A stretch of 28,130 bases of DNA from Octopus sinensis (Eukaryota). The notes under the pieces are model-generated. The model did not search any database, was not told the origin of the DNA, and saw nothing but the letters and a program-made list of their open reading frames with translations. The first letter of the stretch is position 1; each line of letters opens with the position of its first letter. A program made the position numbers and the translations under genes. The stretch covers positions 1-28,130 of the forward strand of contig NW_021827554.1 of assembly GCF_006345805.1 (NCBI RefSeq), written 5' to 3'. Shown one piece after another: positions 22,857-28,130 of the stretch.

Positions 22857-23124
22857 TGGATGGATGGATGGATGGATAGACGGATGGATGGATGGATGGA
22901 TGGATGAATGAATGAATGGATGGATGGATGGATGGATGGATGGATGGATGGATGGATGGATGGATGGATGGATGGATAGATGGTTGGCTGGCTGGCTGGA
23001 TGGATGGATGGATGGATGGATGGATGGATGGATGGATGGATGGATGGATGGATAGATGGATAGATGGATGGATGGATAGATGGATGGATGGATGGATGGA
23101 TGGATGGATGGATGAGTGGATGGA
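22857..23124. repeat. (GGAT)n microsatellite
   Basis: Direct reading; abuts the RTE 3' end. Confidence 0.95.
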
Positions 23125-23449
23125 TAAGACTTTCTTGGCTCACAGTACTCGGTGTGTTATAAACCCAGCTGACCAGTTAGGTTTCATGCAGAGTGTATTC
23201 TTGGATATCACAACCCATCCACCCACTCACCCCAGTACCCAGTACCTATTATAGCAACTTGAGATAATCTTATAATCTCCCTCTATCCATGCGTCTATAT
23301 ATGGTTACAGATTCATTCTGCGATTGAAAGACGCTGTGGAAGTAATTATAGAATATAAGGAAATGGAAACAACTTTGGATGTTCCAAGACATTTCTTTCA
23401 TTTTGCTTCTCATATTTTCCTCTCCTGTATCTATTTCGCCATATATGTG

Positions 23450-23457
23450 TTGTGTGT

Positions 23458-23488
<31 letters not shown>

Positions 23489-23746
23489 GTGTGTGAAATA
23501 TTCTACGTATACATATATGTGTCGATAAATGCATGTATATATATATGCACGTGTATGTATATATGTATGTATACTTGAAAATATGCTATATATATATACA
23601 CGTGTGTATGTATTTTTGTATGTATTTTTGTATATATGCGATAATATATTATGTATAATATACACGTATGTATCTATATATGTATGCATATTTCTATATA
23701 TCTGTATTATATATATATGTATGTGTGTAAATATTATGTATGTGTG

Positions 23747-23798
<52 letters not shown>

Positions 23799-23800
23799 GT

Positions 23801-23832
<32 letters not shown>

Positions 23833-24040
23833 TGTTATAAGATATATATATAATATTTGTGAGGTGGGGTGTAGTGTATGTATGTGTACAAAACAGAGTA
23901 AAGAAACCAAAGCTAATATCATGTTATTTTACATCAAATAAATGATTAAGCTGCAAGATGTATATATATATGTGTGTGTGTGTATTATATTATATATATA
24001 AATATACATATGTATATATACACATATATATATGTATATA

Positions 24041-24084
<44 letters not shown>

Positions 24085-24204
24085 TATATTATATATATAT
24101 ATGTTATAGTATATATATTATATATATATATATATACATTTATATATACAAGATACATCCATACATCCACATATATATATATATGTATAATATATATATA
24201 TATG

Positions 24205-24261
<57 letters not shown>

Positions 24262-24560
24262 ACTGACTACAGGCGTGATCTGCGTATGACAGCCACAAAA
24301 TGCCATCTATTTGTTCTTTCGTTCGTGGTGTATTACTGAACACACTGGTGATATTATACATACTGGAAAGGTCAATAGATTCTCCGAAAATACACAATGT
24401 TCGCCTGTTTTGTTGTATACACACATATTTGCACATGTACATATATGTATGTACATTTCACGTATAGATATCTGGTCGATCTTGCTCGGACAAGTTTATA
24501 TATATGTGTGTGTGTGTGTGTATGCATGTATGCAAGTGTGTGTGCATCTCTTTTATTATA

Positions 24561-24618
<58 letters not shown>

Positions 24619-24627
24619 ATATATATG

Positions 24628-24678
<51 letters not shown>

Positions 24679-24929
24679 ATATATATTATATATATATCTC
24701 ATATTTATATATATTTACATATATATGTAAATGTATGTGTTTATGTATATATACACATATACATGTATATTCTGTGTGTGTTTTGTTTCTATGTGTGTGT
24801 GACCTTATACACACATTTGTAAACGTATTGAATGAGGTAAAAATAGATATTAGGAAATAGAAAAAATTCACAAAATATAGGCGTACACATGTGAACATAT
24901 ATAAATATATTATATATATATATTATATA

Positions 24930-25013
<84 letters not shown>

Positions 25014-25137
25014 TATATTTACAAGACAAATATATATATAACAAATAGATATCATATGTCTCCCTCTTTCCTCTCTCCCTCCTCCCTCTCTCCATATATA
25101 TTATATTATATCTATATATATATATATATATATATAT
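23450..25137. repeat. Extended compound (TA)n/(TG)n/(TATG)n microsatellite zone with small unique islands
   Basis: Direct reading. Confidence 0.85.
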
Positions 25138-25254
25138 CCCTTTGGTCATGATTGACCATGGGATTGCACCTAGAAAGTTACCCTACCAGGCACAAGTTCG
25201 GGCAAGGTTGTTTGTGGAAGACCACCAGTCACCCATGCATACCAGACTCCCCTC
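25138..25254 (-). mobile_element. Possible retroposon 3' end with a terminal stem-loop
   Basis: GC-richer 117-bp island ending (minus strand) in TGGTCA-ATCA-TGACCA-AAGGG followed by (AT)n. Family identity unverified. Confidence 0.35.
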
Positions 25255-25264
25255 AGTTAATGAT

Positions 25265-25454
25265 AATAATAAATTCTTTATTGCCAACAAGGGACAATAA
25301 AAGAGGACAGACAAAGGGACTTATTTAATAGACCCTGAAAAAATGAAAAGCAAAGTCAACTCCGGTGGATTTTGAACTCAGAACATAACGACAAGGAAAT
25401 ACCGCTAAGCATTTCGTCCAGCGTGTTAACGATTCTGCCAGCTCACCGCCTTAA
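25265..25454 (-). mobile_element. SINE family A with an internal deletion
   Basis: TTTGAACTCAGAAC B box and CTGCCAGCTCACCGCCTT head on the plus strand; the region between AAGGGAC and TTATTTAAT is missing. Confidence 0.8.
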
Positions 25455-25482
25455 ATTAGCAACTAATTATATGAGGACTCAT

Positions 25483-25945
25483 TAAGGCGGTGAGGTGGCA
25501 GAGTATCATTACCGCAAGGCGGCGTGCTGGCAGAAACGTTAGCATGCCGGGCGAAATGCTTAGCGGTATTTTGTCTGTCTTTACGTTCTGAGTTCAAATT
25601 CCGCCGAGGTCGACTTTACCTTTCGAGCTTTCGGAGGTCGATAAATTAAGTACCAGTTGCGTACTGGGATCGATCATATCGACTGGCCCCCTCCCCTAAA
25701 ATTCCGAACCTTGTGCCTAGAGTAAAAAGGAAAAGAATATTATTACGGCACCAGGCAGAATGCGTAGCGACATTTCGTCTGTCCTTACGTTCTGAGTTCA
25801 AATTCTGCCGAGGTCGACTCTACCACCTTTCATCCTTCCAGGTTCGATAAAGCAAATACCAATTGAGCGCAGGGAAGTAGTGGCGGAGGTCAAGGTAATT
25901 GACTTAAACCCACCTCCTTCAAAGTTGCTGGCCTTGAGCCAAAAT
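25483..25945 (+). mobile_element. Older SINE family A interrupted in its head by a younger family A copy (25517-25737)
   Basis: Outer head AAGGCGGTGAGGTGGCAGAG resumes as GGCACCAGGCAGAATGCGTAGCG. TSD-like TAT(C/T)ATTAC(C/G)GCA at 25504-25516 and 25738-25750. Confidence 0.75.
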
Positions 25946-26181
25946 TCGAAACCAATATTAGGCCTTATATAAAACTTTTACGTGAGAAACAGAGAGAAAC
26001 TAGAGCTTGGACAATTCATATGATAATTCACCAAAATTCACCAAAATTGCGAGAGAAGCCATTACGGCTCATCGCAAACAGAGACGTCTCTCTCTTTACT
26101 CTGTTTTCTTCTTTTGTTTTTACTCAGAGAGCAGCTGAGTATCTGAAGGATTTATGACAATCATTCTGAATTCTTCTTACC

Positions 26182-26595
26182 TATTTCTTTACTACCCATA
26201 AGGGGCTAAACACAGAGGAGACAAACAAGGACAGACAAACGGATTAAGTCGATTACATAGACCCCAGTGCGTAACTAGTACTTATTTAATCGATCCCGAA
26301 AGGATGAAAGGCAAAGTCGACCTCGGCGGAATTTGAACTCAGAACGTAACGGCAGACGAAATACCTATTTCTTTACTACCCACAGGAGGCTAAACACAAA
26401 GGCAGACAAACAAGGATAGACACACGGATTAAGTCGATTACATAGACCCCAGTGCGTAACTGGTACTTATTTAATCGACCCCGAAAAGAGAAAGGCAAAG
26501 TCGCCTCGGCGGATTTGAAACTCAGAACGTAACGGCAGGCGAAATACCGTTAAGCATTTCGCCCGGTGTGTTAACGTTTCTGCCACTCGCCGCTT
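26182..26595 (-). mobile_element. Dimeric SINE family A: one headed unit plus one headless 184-bp unit
   Basis: Junction GACGAAATACC|TATTTCTTTAC at about 26365, the reverse complement of the tetramer junction. TSD TGAAT(T)CTTCTTACC at 26167-26181 and 26596-26609. Confidence 0.9.
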
Positions 26596-27240
26596 TGAAT
26601 CTTCTTACCCTCATATTTTCACTCTTATGTTGCAATCACTCCCCCTTTTTTTTTCTTTTTTTTTTTTTGCAGTGCCCCACATACATACACTTGGGCTTTT
26701 GGATTAAGTAACAATGAAGTCTTTTGATGTTCAATGAATAATCAATTCGATCTGCATATTTCATCGCTGTTTTTCCATCCTATTTTATTGACTGTGTACA
26801 TTTTCTCCTTATGCTGGAGCGTCAATAAAAAAAATAATAAAACAATTCTGTTACATATTTTATATCTCACTTAACTTTGATATTTCGTACATATTTTCCT
26901 TTAAATAATTTGCCTTATTTTTCCAATGCCGAAAAGACGTGTGAATTTACGTAAGAAATCAGAAACGATTACGCTTTTCTACAAAAACTTCTAGCAGAGT
27001 AAACGTGTTTTGCAGGGTTCTTCGTTGTACACAGAAGAGGTCGTATATTTAAGCATCATTTAGTTGTTACTTAAGTAGAGTAAGATTATTTTAAAGCAGA
27101 AAGTCAGAAACAATCGACTTGGAGTTTCTGGTTGCCGCGAAAGACTTTTATGACTAAATTCTGCAGACATGCCATGAATCAGAATTGAGAAGTTTGCAGT
27201 TAAGATTGACTAAAGAATTAGAAGAAAGTAATGAGAATTG

Positions 27241-27408
27241 GTTTTAAATTTTGGCAAAAAGACCAGCATTTCGGGGGAGGGTCAACTGTCTTATTTTATC
27301 GACTAAGGATGAAAGGCATGTAGCCCACAGCGGAATTTTAGTGGAGAACATAAACCGCACGAAATGCCGCTAAGCAAGCTTCTTTTCCAGACAGCCACGC
27401 CTCCGCCT
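27241..27408 (-). mobile_element. Highly degenerate SINE family A
   Basis: AAATTTTGGCA..AAGACCAGCA, GGATGAAAGGCA, CGGAATTT, CGAAATGCCGCTAAGCA. Confidence 0.55.
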
Positions 27409-27415
27409 ATATATA

Positions 27416-27453
<38 letters not shown>

Positions 27454-27458
27454 TATTT

Positions 27459-27610
27459 ATTTAAAAGCAGCAGAAAATATAATAAAAGTTTTTACTCAGA
27501 GTTTCACGTTTCCCGTTCCCGTTCGGACAGTTTGAGTTAAGAAAACTGTCCGACGACGGGAACGTGAAACTCCGAGTAACAGCTTTTGTTATATTTCTGC
27601 TGCTTTAAAT
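27459..27610. repeat. Long imperfect inverted repeat (arms 75 and 68 nt, 9-nt loop)
   Basis: ATTTAAAAGCAGCAGAAAATATAA...TCGGACAGTTT (27459-27533) pairs with AAACTGTCCGA...TTATATTTCTGCTGCTTTAAAT (27543-27610). Confidence 0.95.
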
Positions 27611-27787
27611 AAGCATATTACTCTACCTCTGGTATTTTGAGTACTCTTTTCCACCTTGTTTCACATTTATGTGCTTACTCTCCGGTCTATATAATATATA
27701 TCATTTAACTTTCAAAATGTGACCTCGTGTGTACCGTTGGCGATTTTTTTTCCTCTGTCTCCCTTCTCTGGACCTTTCCTCTCCTAT

Positions 27788-27823
27788 GTTTCCGACGAAG
27801 AGCTCCGCTCGAAACGTTAAAAC
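27788..27823 (+). ncRNA. Minimal type I hammerhead-like motif (variant core)
   Basis: GUUU-CCGACGA-A-GAGC-UCC-GCUC-GAAA-CGUU-AAAAC. U4 is replaced by C, there is an extra A after A9, and stem III is the palindrome AACGUU. Confidence 0.5.
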
Positions 27824-28039
27824 CCTCTTTCTTTCCTTCTTTCCTGAGCGTCCATAATACTATATTTGTTCCACGTCCTCGCGTTGTTTTGTGTTTTTTT
27901 TTTGTGCTTTCTTGTTTGGATTAACTTTATATATATAGATATATAATATATATATATATATATAGTATACATGCATACATATATTTGTGTGTGTGGCGCG
28001 CCTTTGGGTGTTTGTTTTTTGTGTTTGATTTACATAGCC

Positions 28040-28130
28040 TGACAACGAGCGTTGGTTTGTTTGGGCGTCCCCGTTACCCAGCGACTCGGCGGAAAGCGAT
28101 CGAACGGATAAATAGCAGAATTTTAAAGAA
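28040..28130 (+). mobile_element. Divergent SINE family B body, cut by the window edge
   Basis: GACAACGAGCGTTGGTTTGTTTGGGCGTCCCCGTTACCCAGCGACTCGGC resembles GACAACCGATGCTGGTGTGTTTACGTCCCCGTCACTTAGCGGTTCGGC at about 17779. Confidence 0.6.

Larger units (their letters stand above)
27459..27905 (+). mobile_element. Probable Penelope-like element terminal region
   Basis: Fold-back followed by a pyrimidine-rich segment containing a hammerhead-like motif with palindromic stem III. No coding remnant seen; boundaries approximate. Confidence 0.45.

Noticed and set aside
22784-23254. ORFs with (PSIH)n and (MDGW)n repeats
   Set aside because: Translations of the (GGAT)n microsatellite.
24265-24420. 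Unique island with open frames on both strands, including a signal-peptide-like MPSICSFVRGVLLNTLVILYIL
   Set aside because: No convincing splice signals or recognisable domain; cannot be supported without transcript data.

Overview
AT-rich, microsatellite-dense eukaryotic DNA that looks intronic or intergenic. The SINE families and simple-repeat spectrum resemble octopus (coleoid cephalopod) genomes as I recall them; this assignment is an inference and was not checked by search. No host protein-coding gene can be called with confidence, and nearly all ORFs in the track are translations of (TA)n/(TG)n/(TATG)n/(GATA)n/(GGAT)n repeats. Recognisable content: (i) a frameshifted, 3'-truncated DD34D mariner transposase (10701-11752); (ii) two TA-flanked Tc1/mariner-superfamily MITEs; (iii) many tRNA-derived SINE copies of two families, several as multimers; (iv) relics of RTE-clade and R4/Dong-like LINEs; (v) two Penelope-like terminal fragments carrying hammerhead-ribozyme motifs, one beside a ~70-bp fold-back. 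The best leads are a type I hammerhead with an intact core on the minus strand (10036-10124), a variant hammerhead plus long hairpin (27459-27823), and TSD-flanked SINE multimers whose headless internal units share the same junction at two independent loci.
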